Part shown: piece after piece, positions 32,528-41,633 of the stretch
How the letters are laid out: every line of letters starts with the position of its first letter
Numbering within the stretch: position 1 is the stretch's first letter
Source of the DNA: Candidatus Acidiferrales bacterium
Lineage (GTDB): Bacteria > Acidobacteriota > Terriglobia > Acidiferrales > UBA7541
Reading direction: 5' to 3'
NCBI GenBank assembly: GCA_036390175.1
Contig: DASWCG010000080.1
Span: forward strand, 1 to 44,036
Length of the DNA: 44,036 nucleotides
The notes under the pieces: generated by a model
What the model saw: only the letters and a program-made list of their open reading frames with translations
Databases searched by the model: none
What the model was told of the DNA's origin: nothing
Program-made: the position numbers and the translations under genes

Positions 32528-35500
32528 CTAGAACACGAAGCGGACGGAGGCGCGAGCCGTAAATGGACTAACAAAGCCGGCATCCGGATGGACGAAGCCG
32601 TAGGTCGTACCACTTCCAGGCTTCTGGAAGTCCACATTGTTAACTCCAAAGCCCAAATCCACGTTCTGGTTGATCTGGATTGTCCGCTTCGTGTTTGCAA
32701 TATTGAAAGCGTCAAACCCGAATTTCAGTTGGTTTTTCTCGGTAATCCTCCAGGGATACTCGATATGTGCGTCCACGGTGCCGGTCATCGGAGAACGCCC
32801 GAGATCACCACGGCCGAAGAGAGGCACCTCGCCCGGGTTCTGATAGGCCTGTTGCGCCGCCAGAGTGGTCCACGGGATGCCAGACTGGATCCTCACCCCC
32901 GAGCCCAGCACCAGGCCCTTCATCCGGCCCCGGTCGAGCACATAGCTGGCATAAACGTTCACGACGTGCCGACGGTCCGTGTTCAGAGGTCCGATTCCCT
33001 GCTGTTGGCCGAGGAGTCCGAACTTGCCCTCCGTCAAGTCGAACAGCGAGCTGATGCCGGGGTCGGCCTGCCCGTTGTCATTCCGAAACGCACCTTCGTA
33101 GTTGCCTCGGAGGCGGGCAATCCGCCAGTTCGCCACGAGCGCCCAGTTGTGGCTGAACGACTTGTTCACTTCGAATTCGACCGCCTGGTATTCCCGCTTC
33201 GGATCTTTGTAGGTGTCCGGCTTGCCATCGGGCTGGAATTCACCCCCAAACAGAGCACCCGGCAGAATGTTACCGGCGGAATCCGTCCAGGGATTCATGT
33301 TGACCGACGGAAAGCAGGCGTTCCCAAGAATGTTCCCGAAGGTGTCCTGCACCGGGGCCGGTGTGACGAAAGGTGTCGCGTGGCCGTTGGCGTCAATACA
33401 AGCTGTCGGGAGTGGTGCACCCGCCGGGAACACGATTTCATTCGGATTGACGAAGATGTCTTGCGTTCCGTTGGGGTTGCCGATGAAGTAGTTGAGGCTA
33501 CCGCCGTTAAAGGCAAGAGCGTTGAACTGCTCGACGGAAATCCCGCCCTCGTCCTCGATGACGCGTTTCATCCGGCGGTCAATGTACCGCACGCTGGCTA
33601 CGATGCCACCGCGGAACTCATGTTCAGCTCCAACAACAAATTCATCCGTGTATTCGGAGCGCAGGCCAGGCACGAAGGCCCCAGCGCCATTGACGAGGAC
33701 AAAGGGGGATTCGGGAACACCGCCGTTCGCCTGGCTCAAATTGTGGGCGGCATCGCCAACGAAATTGACTGTGCTGTTCGAATTCAGCGTGACACAAGGC
33801 GAAAAACCAGGTGTGCAGCCACTCGTTGTGGACTCGGGAGCCCAATTATTGAAGATGAAGTCCTCCTCCGAGCTCATCGAGCGTATCGCCGCATCCAGCG
33901 GCACGATGAATTGATAGCGGCCAAAGTTGGCGTAGATTTTCGACTTCCGGTCTCCCTTCGGATCGACAATCAGGCCGAAGCGTGGCGACCACATGTCATT
34001 CAGAAGGAGGTGTGTCAAGACACCAGTCAAGCGCTGCTGCTCCCAGCGCACGCCGGCGTTGAACGTGACGTGTGTCCCCATTTGCCAGGAGTCGCCGATG
34101 TAGGCTGCGTGGTACTTGCCCCTGCTCTTTGTGACGCGACTGTCAAAACGCCCGCGCGTCTGTACCAGCACAACGCGCTGCGGATCAGAAAAGCCCGGGA
34201 TATTCATGAACGGGCAGAGCGTGCAGTCTGGTGAGCCTGCGGGCACCACATCCGATGCAAGTTCTAGTTGGAATGACGCGTCGGTCAACTGTCCCGCAAC
34301 GGGGAAGCTTGTCGGCAGGCCATAGGAATTGCCATCGGCATTCGTGGCGGGAATGGGGAATCTCGGCCCGGTGTTAACGGTGATGTCGTCGTAGCTCTGG
34401 TTCTGCCAGTTATACCCCCAGGCGATCGTGTGCTGACTGCCGAGGAAATGGAAGGTCTTCGAGGTATCGCCGAAAATGCCCTTGCTGTTGGAGTCGTAAG
34501 GCTCGTTAAAGCCCAGACCCTGAGCGGTAAATGAGCCGCGCTGTCCTGTCAGACCTGCGGTTTGAGTCGTGTCAACGATCTGGTAGATGTCCTGCGCTGT
34601 CTCCGTGAAGTGGTTCCAAGCCCAGGTGAACCCGGCATCCACCAGCCAAGTCGAGCTCAGCGTGCCGTTGTAGCGTGTCGCCCAGTTTCGGGTGCCGTAG
34701 TTCCACTTCGAGAACGACGTAATATTGTCCGTGTTCAGGGTTCTCCACGGCACATGGTTGGTCCAATTGGGGTCGCCGAATGCAGACGATTCTATAACAT
34801 GCTTGTCGTTCAGCTTGAACGTCAGCTTGCCCGCATAATCATAGGAGTTCGTCCGCCGGTTCGCCTGACCTTTAAGGAAGCTAGAGAGCCCGGTGCCCAC
34901 CACCGGAGCTTCGTAGTCGTGGGCAAAGCTCGGGTTGAAGGTACCAAAGTAGAAGAGATGGTTCTTCAGACCAGGCACGTAGCCGCCCAATTCGAAGTCA
35001 GCTTCGTAGGTGGCGTCGCTCAAATGACGGCCGACCCTGTTCACCGGATTGAAGTCGTCCGCACTAAGGGGCGTCGTTTGCCAAGCGCGCGGATGGAAGT
35101 AGGCGCCGATCTGTCCATGCGTTTCGGTGCCACCCGATTTGGTCACAATTTGCACGATCCCGCCGCTCGCATGGCCGTATTGCGCCTCAAAGCCACCGGA
35201 CTTTACCTGAACTTCTTTTACAAAGGAAAGGTTAATACCCGAACCGAGCGCGCCGTACGCACGGGACCACACTCCCAGACCGCCGAAGGCAGGGTCGTTG
35301 ATGGAGACGCCATCGGCTACGTAAAGATTTTCCAAACCGCTTGAGCCTGAAATCGCGGGGTTGGCACTGCCCGTGCCGATCCCCGAAACAGCGCCAGGGC
35401 TGAGGTAAAAGAGGCTCGATATGTTTCGCTGCACCGGAATGTTCTGGTAGAAGGTGTCGGCGAAGTCCGCGTTGACTGAAGAGGAGGAAGTGTCCACGGT

Positions 35501-35878
35501 CAACTTTGCGGCGCTCACCTCAACAACCTGTGTAAGGTCACCGGTGACGAGGTCTACTTCAATGCTTGTGGTCTTGTTGATCAGAACCTCGACACCCCTC
35601 ACTTCCGAGGCCTTGAATCCCTGCTTCTGCACCTTTACTGTGTAAGAGCCCGGAATCAACGTTGAGAACAGGAAACTTCCCTGTTCGGTGGTGTTTTGGG
35701 TCAGACTCCCGATCGGCCCGGTGATCGTCACCTGGGCTGCTGGCACCACAGCCTTCGACGCGTCATAAACAACGCCGCTCAGGTTCCCGCGAGTACTTGT
35801 ATCCTGGGCAGCCACAGGCAGCGAGCACGCAACGCAAAGGGCAACGATCAATAGGCATAGCCACGACGTCCTTTCCAT
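32528..35878 (-). CDS. TonB-dependent receptor with an N-terminal carboxypeptidase-regulatory-like domain
   Basis: 1116 aa with a signal peptide. The CarboxypepD_reg pattern is GNLSGVVYDASKAVVPAAQVTITG...GSYTVKVQKQGF. Plug and barrel follow, and the C-terminus ends RASVRFVF. Confidence 0.9.
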   Translation of the reverse strand: MERTSWLCLLIVALCVACSLPVAAQDTSTRGNLSGVVYDASKAVVPAAQVTITGPIGSLTQNTTEQGSFLFSTLIPGSYTVKVQKQGFKASEVRGVEVLINKTTSIEVDLVTGDLTQVVEVSAAKLTVDTSSSSVNADFADTFYQNIPVQRNISSLFYLSPGAVSGIGTGSANPAISGSSGLENLYVADGVSINDPAFGGLGVWSRAYGALGSGINLSFVKEVQVKSGGFEAQYGHASGGIVQIVTKSGGTETHGQIGAYFHPRAWQTTPLSADDFNPVNRVGRHLSDATYEADFELGGYVPGLKNHLFYFGTFNPSFAHDYEAPVVGTGLSSFLKGQANRRTNSYDYAGKLTFKLNDKHVIESSAFGDPNWTNHVPWRTLNTDNITSFSKWNYGTRNWATRYNGTLSSTWLVDAGFTWAWNHFTETAQDIYQIVDTTQTAGLTGQRGSFTAQGLGFNEPYDSNSKGIFGDTSKTFHFLGSQHTIAWGYNWQNQSYDDITVNTGPRFPIPATNADGNSYGLPTSFPVAGQLTDASFQLELASDVVPAGSPDCTLCPFMNIPGFSDPQRVVLVQTRGRFDSRVTKSRGKYHAAYIGDSWQMGTHVTFNAGVRWEQQRLTGVLTHLLLNDMWSPRFGLIVDPKGDRKSKIYANFGRYQFIVPLDAAIRSMSSEEDFIFNNWAPESTTSGCTPGFSPCVTLNSNSTVNFVGDAAHNLSQANGGVPESPFVLVNGAGAFVPGLRSEYTDEFVVGAEHEFRGGIVASVRYIDRRMKRVIEDEGGISVEQFNALAFNGGSLNYFIGNPNGTQDIFVNPNEIVFPAGAPLPTACIDANGHATPFVTPAPVQDTFGNILGNACFPSVNMNPWTDSAGNILPGALFGGEFQPDGKPDTYKDPKREYQAVEFEVNKSFSHNWALVANWRIARLRGNYEGAFRNDNGQADPGISSLFDLTEGKFGLLGQQQGIGPLNTDRRHVVNVYASYVLDRGRMKGLVLGSGVRIQSGIPWTTLAAQQAYQNPGEVPLFGRGDLGRSPMTGTVDAHIEYPWRITEKNQLKFGFDAFNIANTKRTIQINQNVDLGFGVNNVDFQKPGSGTTYGFVHPDAGFVSPFTARASVRFVF

Positions 35879-36291
35879 GCAAGTGCTCCTTTCGGGTTTT
35901 CAAGCGATTTGAAAGCTCCCCTTGTTCCTCTGTGAAGTGTCTGCCCAAGCCTGCACCTTGGGGAGACAAACCACTCTTAAGACCGGCCAGCAATCGGGCT
36001 GCCAAAGGTTCGCGGCTCCCGCCTGTTAATAACCTATTTGAATTGATGAACTTATGTTTAGGTTGGGGTGTGGAATTCTCGAAGGACTTCCGTAGATTCC
36101 GATTCTTATAGAAGCCCATACAAAAAATGGAATTGCCAACCCTCGTTTGAGCTTGTCACCTGTTCCTGGCAAACCTAGGCCTAGTTTCAAGCGACTCATG
36201 CCGGTTTTTCGGAGTGGATTCCGGCTGAGATCTCACAAGGCCGCCTCAGATTTCACAGCCGTTCTTGTCAAATTACGCAGACTGGGATAGC

Positions 36292-38442
36292 CTACGGCTC
36301 AACCAGAGTTCTGGCCTTGAGGGCCAATTCAGCGGCCTTTTTGGAATCCCCAAGTTGCTGGTAGTATTCCGACAGAACCAGATACAGGGGACCGTTCTTA
36401 GGATGAGAGACTAGTGCCTCTTCAAGCAGAGTAACGGCGCGCTTTGGATCACCGCCCTTTGTCAAGCTTTCAGCGATCCGGAGGATTGTTCCGGCGTCGG
36501 TGTCCTCGGTGATGCCGGCGTCATTGAAAAGGCTGACGACGGCAACGTAGTCTTTCAATGTGAAGTAGGCATCAACGAGGCGCGCGCGGGCTGTCTCGTT
36601 TCCATGGTTGAGTTTAAGTGCTCGGCGGAACCAACCGCGGGCTTCGTCGTTCTCTCCCAGCGCCAGATAGCATAGACCCCGCTCCGCATCGAGAATGCCT
36701 TTTCTCGCGTCATCAAGAATCGAGGGATCCACGATGTCCCAGAAAGCTGGAGTCGGAGCGCTCGACAGGACTGAGAATCGGAACGTGTTGAACGCCTGCT
36801 TGGAGTTATTCGACTGCTCAACCGTTACCGTCAGGAGATAATTTCCGTTCGGCTGCTCGCTCAGGGAGAGCTTCTTTCCGTTGACAAGCGAGCCGGTCGC
36901 ATCAAATTGTTCTTTGCTGACCTGGTCCTTCGTCACCGTGGCGCTGCCAGGAGCCGCTGGCCGCCCCAAGGCATAGTTGACAACCAACTTCTGGCCTACA
37001 TAGGCCCGCGGATCCTTCGGCGCCGTCCAGATCTGGTAGGCGAACTGCAAAGACTGATAGGGCGAAAGAACCAGGGACGATTCTGATAGTGGAGTGAACC
37101 GGACGCCCGCCAATGTGAACGGCGTGAGATCCGCCTTTGCCGGATCCACGACCTCAACATCGGCAAAGGGCAAAACTCCCGCCACGACCAGGCCGTCATT
37201 TGGTATCGCCGGAATCTCCACTTCCTTTTCGACCTGATAGCCAGTCTTCTTGATCCAGTCGGTCAGCAGAAAATCGAGGCGGTATTTGCCTGGTGGAAGC
37301 GGCAACGAGCCTTCGTAGCCAAGGGCTTTGTCCTTGATTTCGGCTAGGCGACGCTTGTCCATCGTATCGGTGGCCGTATTCTGCTGCGTGAAGATCAGTT
37401 TGTTGTTGCTATTGAAGACGCGGACCCGCGCTTCAACGGAATAGTAATACTTCCCGTCGCCTCGCTCGGAGACCGTGAGGTCGGAGGGATTGCGGAAACG
37501 GAGGGCGAAGTCGCAACGAGTCAGCCCGCGTGAATCGCGGACGGGGAGGGTAATCAAGTCGAGGTTCGACCCGGCGACGAGAAGCCGTGCGCTTACACTT
37601 GCAAGCATCTCCCGTCGGCGGTCGAGCCCCTCTTTCGTAAACGGATCGTTTGCCAAGTCTCGTATCATCGAAATCATGACGTCGGACTCGAGGCTGGCTG
37701 TGCCACCCGATTTGTCCACTGGCTCGCCCGGAAGCAGGCTGAGGGTTGTGCGCGCGACTTCGCTGCCGAGCGAGTTCTGCACAAGTCTGAAAGCAGCAAC
37801 TCGGTCATTGATCGCATGGGTGCCTGTCACCAGCTTGTCGGGACCGTCGAAATGGGGACTGTAGAGACGGAAGTCCCCGATGTTCTCCCTCTGGTAGAAG
37901 ACAATGTAGAAAAACGGGGGGAGGGCCGGATGTTTGCCAGAGTAGAACCAGATTTCCATCGGGAAGAGATTCGCAGCATTGTAGTAATTGCCGCGCTGCT
38001 CTGGCGGTCCCAAGGTGATGTAAATGCGGCCGCGGTCGGTGCGCCAGCCCTCGCTGCCCGACCCGGGTCCAAAATACTGGTTGGCATACGCGATGCGCCT
38101 GTAGATCTCATCTTTGTAGGTGTTGACCGGCGAGCCGGGCACGGGATTGCGGATCTCCCAGAAGCGATCGATGAATTTGTCGCGTGCGTCGTCGAAGGTC
38201 AGGTGCAAGAAGGTGTCGCGCTCTTCCCGGGTAATGATATAGGCGACGTCGCGATCGAGCCACTCGCGATAGTGCTGCTCCAAATTCTGTTCTTTTATTT
38301 TGCGCCCGGGCTTCTGCGGCTTCCTCGCGGCTTCGCCTACGCTCGTACCAAGCGCGAAAACCAAAATCAGCAGTGAGCTGGTACTCCTTCTTATTGCTTC
38401 CAGCCAGCGCAAATCATTCACTTGGCGAGTTCTCGCGTCCAT
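36292..38442 (-). CDS. GWxTD domain protein with C-terminal TPR repeats
   Basis: Contains EWLDRDVAYIITREERDTFLHL, FWEIRNP and GWRTDRGRIYITLGPP, the GWxTD signature. The signal/TM segment is SLLILVFALGTSVGEA. I chose the ATG at 38442. Confidence 0.85.
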   Translation of the reverse strand: MDARTRQVNDLRWLEAIRRSTSSLLILVFALGTSVGEAARKPQKPGRKIKEQNLEQHYREWLDRDVAYIITREERDTFLHLTFDDARDKFIDRFWEIRNPVPGSPVNTYKDEIYRRIAYANQYFGPGSGSEGWRTDRGRIYITLGPPEQRGNYYNAANLFPMEIWFYSGKHPALPPFFYIVFYQRENIGDFRLYSPHFDGPDKLVTGTHAINDRVAAFRLVQNSLGSEVARTTLSLLPGEPVDKSGGTASLESDVMISMIRDLANDPFTKEGLDRRREMLASVSARLLVAGSNLDLITLPVRDSRGLTRCDFALRFRNPSDLTVSERGDGKYYYSVEARVRVFNSNNKLIFTQQNTATDTMDKRRLAEIKDKALGYEGSLPLPPGKYRLDFLLTDWIKKTGYQVEKEVEIPAIPNDGLVVAGVLPFADVEVVDPAKADLTPFTLAGVRFTPLSESSLVLSPYQSLQFAYQIWTAPKDPRAYVGQKLVVNYALGRPAAPGSATVTKDQVSKEQFDATGSLVNGKKLSLSEQPNGNYLLTVTVEQSNNSKQAFNTFRFSVLSSAPTPAFWDIVDPSILDDARKGILDAERGLCYLALGENDEARGWFRRALKLNHGNETARARLVDAYFTLKDYVAVVSLFNDAGITEDTDAGTILRIAESLTKGGDPKRAVTLLEEALVSHPKNGPLYLVLSEYYQQLGDSKKAAELALKARTLVEP

Positions 38443-38521
38443 ATAAAATACCTGCAACGATCATCCTCTATCCTACCAAGGCCACTCGGCTCGAGCAACT
38501 CGATGAACGGCCCCTGTTGTA

Positions 38522-38568
38522 GCAACATGAAATTTGTCACCCTAACGGCAACATCAAAGTGTCACCCT
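38522..38568. repeat. tandem 21-22 bp direct repeat at the end of the transposase remnant
   Basis: GCAACATGAAATTTGTCACCCT (38522-38543) and GCAACATCAAAGTGTCACCCT (38548-38568). The second copy overlaps the remnant's stop codon. Confidence 0.7.
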
Positions 38569-38888
38569 CCTGGGGTGTTGGTGTGTTCCAAGCGGGTATC
38601 GCCGTAGTAGAGCGAGACCCGGCCATCGAGGGCCTGATAAAGCTGGATTTTTGCTCCCGCGAAGCTGAAGCGCCGATTCTGCGGGGGAATCTGGAAGCGG
38701 TGCCCCTCCCACTGCACGACGTTGTCGTTGCTGACGATGCGTTCGTGAAGGAACGAGCAGATACGCTCAAGTTTTTCGGGAGTAGGGCGCCAAGTTTTGG
38801 CGGCCTCGCGTGGAACGCGTGCGAAACGGCGGTTGTAATCGGCGACGAACTTGCGCAGGGGCAGTTGCCAAAGGATTTGAACGGAAAT
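38562..38888 (-). mobile_element. C-terminal remnant of a DDE (rve-type, ISNCY/IS481-like) transposase
   Basis: This frame is not in the ORF track because it has no start codon. It reads QILWQLPLRKFVADYNRRFARVPREAAKTWRPTPEKLERICSFLHERIVSNDNVVQWEGHRFQIPPQNRRFSFAGAKIQLYQALDGRVSLYYGDTRLEHT. An in-frame TAG sits at 38889-38891, and ffh begins only 142 nt further on, so the N-terminal two-thirds are missing. Confidence 0.6.
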
Positions 38889-39033
38889 CTAAAGCAAATC
38901 GAAAAGCTGGCAAAGCGCTTGCGGGCCGAACTGGCGCCGTGAAGTTCCCGCGCAAGCAGCGCCAATCTGCTCCGGCATAGCACCAGGTCCGCCTCGCGTT
39001 GACCGCACCATTTCTGTCCCCTAGAATCGAAGC

Positions 39034-40377
39034 ATGTTTGAGAACCTCACCGAGAAGCTGCAGCGCGCGTTCAAGAACCTTCGCGGACAGGGGAAGCTGA
39101 CCGAGGAACACCTCGACGCCGCGCTGGCGCAGATCCGCGAGGCGCTGCTCGAAGGCGACGTGGCCCTCAGCGTGGCCGACGAGCTGCTCGCCAACATCCG
39201 CAGCAAGGCGCTCGGCAGCGAAGTGATGCTCCAGCTTTCTCCCGACCAGCAAGTGGTGAAAATTGTTCGCGACGAGCTGACCGAACTGCTCGGCAAGCAT
39301 GCCAAGCCGCTGTTTGCCTCGCGCCCGCCCTCAGTCTGGCTGCTCGCCGGCCTGCAAGGCTCCGGCAAAACCACCACGACGGGCAAGCTCGCGAAATGGC
39401 TGACCGAGCATGGTCACCGCCCGCTGGTGGTTTCCACCGACGTTTATCGCCCGGCCGCGCGCGAGCAACTCGCGCAGGTAGCCAAATCCGTTGGGACGCG
39501 CTGCTGGCCCGGCGCGGGAACCGACAAGCCGCTGGAAATTGTGCGCGGCGCGATCCGCGAGAGCAAGCTCTCCGCCTGCGACGTCATCCTCGTGGATACC
39601 GCCGGCCGCCTGCACATTGACGACGAGTTGATGAAGGAGCTGAGCGACCTGAAGCGCGAGCTTTCCCCCTCGGAAATTCTGTTCATCGCCGACGCCATGA
39701 TCGGCCAGGACGCGGTGCGCTCGGCAGGGGAGTTCCACCGGAGGCTCGGCCTGACCGGCGTCATCCTCACGAAGCTCGACGGCGACGCGCGCGGAGGCGC
39801 GGCGCTTTCCATCAGCAAAGTGTCGGGCGCGCCGGTGAAGTTCGTAGGCCTCGGCGAAAAATACGACGCGCTCGAGGCCTTCTATCCCGATCGCATTGTC
39901 TCGCGCGTGCTGGGCATGGGCGACATCTTGTCGCTCATCGAACGCGCCGAACAGGCCGTGGACAAAAAGGCCGCCGCGGAACTCGAGCACAAGCTGCGCC
40001 ACAACCAGTTCACCCTCGAAGATTTCCGCGACCAGTTGCTCCAGATCAAGAAAATGGGCTCGCTCGAACAGCTCGTCGGGATGCTTCCGAAGATCGGCCC
40101 GATGGCCAATCTTCCGAAGGACGCGCACGTGGATGAGTCGCGCCTCAAGCGCGTCGAGGCCATCATCAACTCGATGACCGCCGCCGAGCGCGACGACCAC
40201 AACTTGATTGACGGCAAACGCCGCAAGCGCATCGCCAAAGGCAGCGGCACCTCCGTGCAGGAAGTGAATCAGGTCCTCAAGCAGTATCTCCAGATGCGCC
40301 AGATGATGAAGCAATACGGCGCCGCTGCGCGGATGGGAAAAATGCGCGGCCTCGGCAAACTCGCGGGACTTTCCTGA
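39034..40377 (+). CDS. ffh: signal recognition particle protein
   Basis: Starts MFENLTEKLQRAFKNLRG. The P-loop is GLQGSGKTTTTGKLA, with DTAGR and TKLDGDARGG. The C-terminal M domain is Met-rich. Confidence 0.97.
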   Translation: MFENLTEKLQRAFKNLRGQGKLTEEHLDAALAQIREALLEGDVALSVADELLANIRSKALGSEVMLQLSPDQQVVKIVRDELTELLGKHAKPLFASRPPSVWLLAGLQGSGKTTTTGKLAKWLTEHGHRPLVVSTDVYRPAAREQLAQVAKSVGTRCWPGAGTDKPLEIVRGAIRESKLSACDVILVDTAGRLHIDDELMKELSDLKRELSPSEILFIADAMIGQDAVRSAGEFHRRLGLTGVILTKLDGDARGGAALSISKVSGAPVKFVGLGEKYDALEAFYPDRIVSRVLGMGDILSLIERAEQAVDKKAAAELEHKLRHNQFTLEDFRDQLLQIKKMGSLEQLVGMLPKIGPMANLPKDAHVDESRLKRVEAIINSMTAAERDDHNLIDGKRRKRIAKGSGTSVQEVNQVLKQYLQMRQMMKQYGAAARMGKMRGLGKLAGLS

Positions 40378-40434
40378 GGCGCCGTGCTTGGCGTGCGCAG
40401 CGGAACAAGCGGGCCGTGCGCGATTTTCCGTCGT

Positions 40435-40463
40435 TTCGCGAAATGGCGTTTGCAGGTTATAAT
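40435..40463 (+). promoter_or_regulatory. possible rpsP promoter
   Basis: A perfect TATAAT sits at 40458-40463. The -35 element is poor (TTCGCG at 17 nt). GAGGAGG at 40470-40476 precedes the GTG at 40487. Confidence 0.3.
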
Positions 40464-40486
40464 AGCCCTGAGGAGGTATCACCCGA

Positions 40487-40726
40487 GTGCTGACGATCCG
40501 TCTGGCCAGGATAGGAAAGAAGAAGAAGCCGTTTTACCGCGTTGTGGTGATTGAGAGCAGCAAGCCGCGCAACGGCCGCATCGTGGAGAATGTGGGCACC
40601 TACGATCCGCTGAAAAATCCGGCCGAAATCAAGCTGAACGCCGAGCGCATCAAACATTGGATGGGGTGCGGCGCGCAGCCCAGCGACACCGTCCGCAGCT
40701 TTCTGCGCCACCAGAAGATCGCCTAG
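40487..40726 (+). CDS. rpsP: 30S ribosomal protein S16
   Basis: Reads (M)LTIRLARIGKKKKPFYRVVVIESSKPRNGRIVENVGTYDP. Confidence 0.95.
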   Translation: MLTIRLARIGKKKKPFYRVVVIESSKPRNGRIVENVGTYDPLKNPAEIKLNAERIKHWMGCGAQPSDTVRSFLRHQKIA

Positions 40727-40831
40727 CAAATCCCCTCTCGAAGAAATTGCGACCGCGCGCGTCCCGCACGCTCCGGGCGGGATGCAAAACTGAAGTTCCT
40801 GTTGATGCTGGCGATGCAGTGGAGGTGCAGG

Positions 40832-41062
40832 ATGAAGGAGCTAGTTGAGGAAATTGCCAAAGCGCTTGTGGATCATCCTGAAAACGTCCAGGTAAGAGCG
40901 GTGGAAGGCGAACAGGTGACCGTGCTCGAACTCCGCGTTCATCCCACCGACCTCGGCAAGGTGATTGGCCGGCAAGGACGCACGGCCAAGTCCATCCGCA
41001 CGATTCTGGGCGCGGCGGGAATGAAGGTCAGGAAACGCCTGACGCTGGAAATCCTCGAATAG
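40832..41062 (+). CDS. khpA: KH-domain RNA-binding protein (UPF0109/YlqC, KhpA)
   Basis: GGAGG lies 6 nt before the ATG at 40832. Reads [19 protein letters not shown]...[20 protein letters not shown]. Confidence 0.85.
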   Translation: MKELVEEIAKALVDHPENVQVRAVEGEQVTVLELRVHPTDLGKVIGRQGRTAKSIRTILGAAGMKVRKRLTLEILE

Positions 41063-41610
41063 TGCCCGCCGAAACTCCAGCCCGCGTGACACTCGCGCGA
41101 ATTCTGCGTCCGCGCGGAAACCGCGGCGAAGTGGCCGCGGAAATCCTCACCGACTTTCCCGAAAGGCTGACGAAACTCCGCGAAGTATTCTTGTGGAACG
41201 GCGCGCAGGAGCCGCGGCGCGCGGTGATCCGCAAGTGCTGGTTGAGCACGAGCCGCGGCGGCCAAGCAATTTTTCTTTTCGAGGGAGTGGACTCCATTCC
41301 CGCGGCGGAAAAATTGCGCGGCCTGGAAGTGCAAATCCCTTTGGCGGACCGGGCGAAACTGCCCGCGGGCCGCTACTACATCAGCGAGCTCATCGGCTGC
41401 GAGATTTTCGAGCGCGCAACCCCCGCAGCGGAAAAAATCGGGACGGTGCGCGGCGTGCAATTTGCCGGCACGCCGCTGCTCGCTGTCGAAACTCCGCAGG
41501 GCGAACTCCTGATTCCCCTCGCCGAAGAAATCTGCACGCGCATTGATACCGGAGCAAAACAAATCGAAGTGGTCCTTCCGCAGGGCCTGCGAGAGTTGAA
41601 CCGCGAGTAG
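41062..41610 (+). CDS. rimM: 16S rRNA processing protein RimM
   Basis: The GTG start overlaps the khpA stop by 1 nt. Contains RILRPRGNRGEV and a C-terminal PRC-barrel-like region (YYISELIGCEIF). Confidence 0.9.
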   Translation: MPAETPARVTLARILRPRGNRGEVAAEILTDFPERLTKLREVFLWNGAQEPRRAVIRKCWLSTSRGGQAIFLFEGVDSIPAAEKLRGLEVQIPLADRAKLPAGRYYISELIGCEIFERATPAAEKIGTVRGVQFAGTPLLAVETPQGELLIPLAEEICTRIDTGAKQIEVVLPQGLRELNRE

Positions 41611-41633
41611 AGTGCCTGGTGTATCCTCGGGGA

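Noticed and set aside
32510-34234. 574 aa plus-strand ORF
   Set aside because: It is antisense to the TonB-dependent receptor, whose frame has a signal peptide, a CarboxypepD_reg domain and a C-terminal Phe. It is a shadow ORF. The same applies to 12929..14374, 9920..10981, 8404..9267, 22639..23634 and 39331..40482.
35879-36291. Possible riboswitch (cobalamin or TPP) in the long leader of the TonB-dependent receptor
   Set aside because: I could not find a B12 box, a TPP CUGAGA/ACCUGA core or any other class signature by eye on the minus strand. An Rfam scan would be needed before any claim.
38537-38983. Track ORFs 38537..38983 (-) and 38559..38942 (+)
   Set aside because: Both translate to low-information sequence. 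The third minus-strand frame gives a convincing transposase C-terminus, so these two are shadows of the IS remnant.
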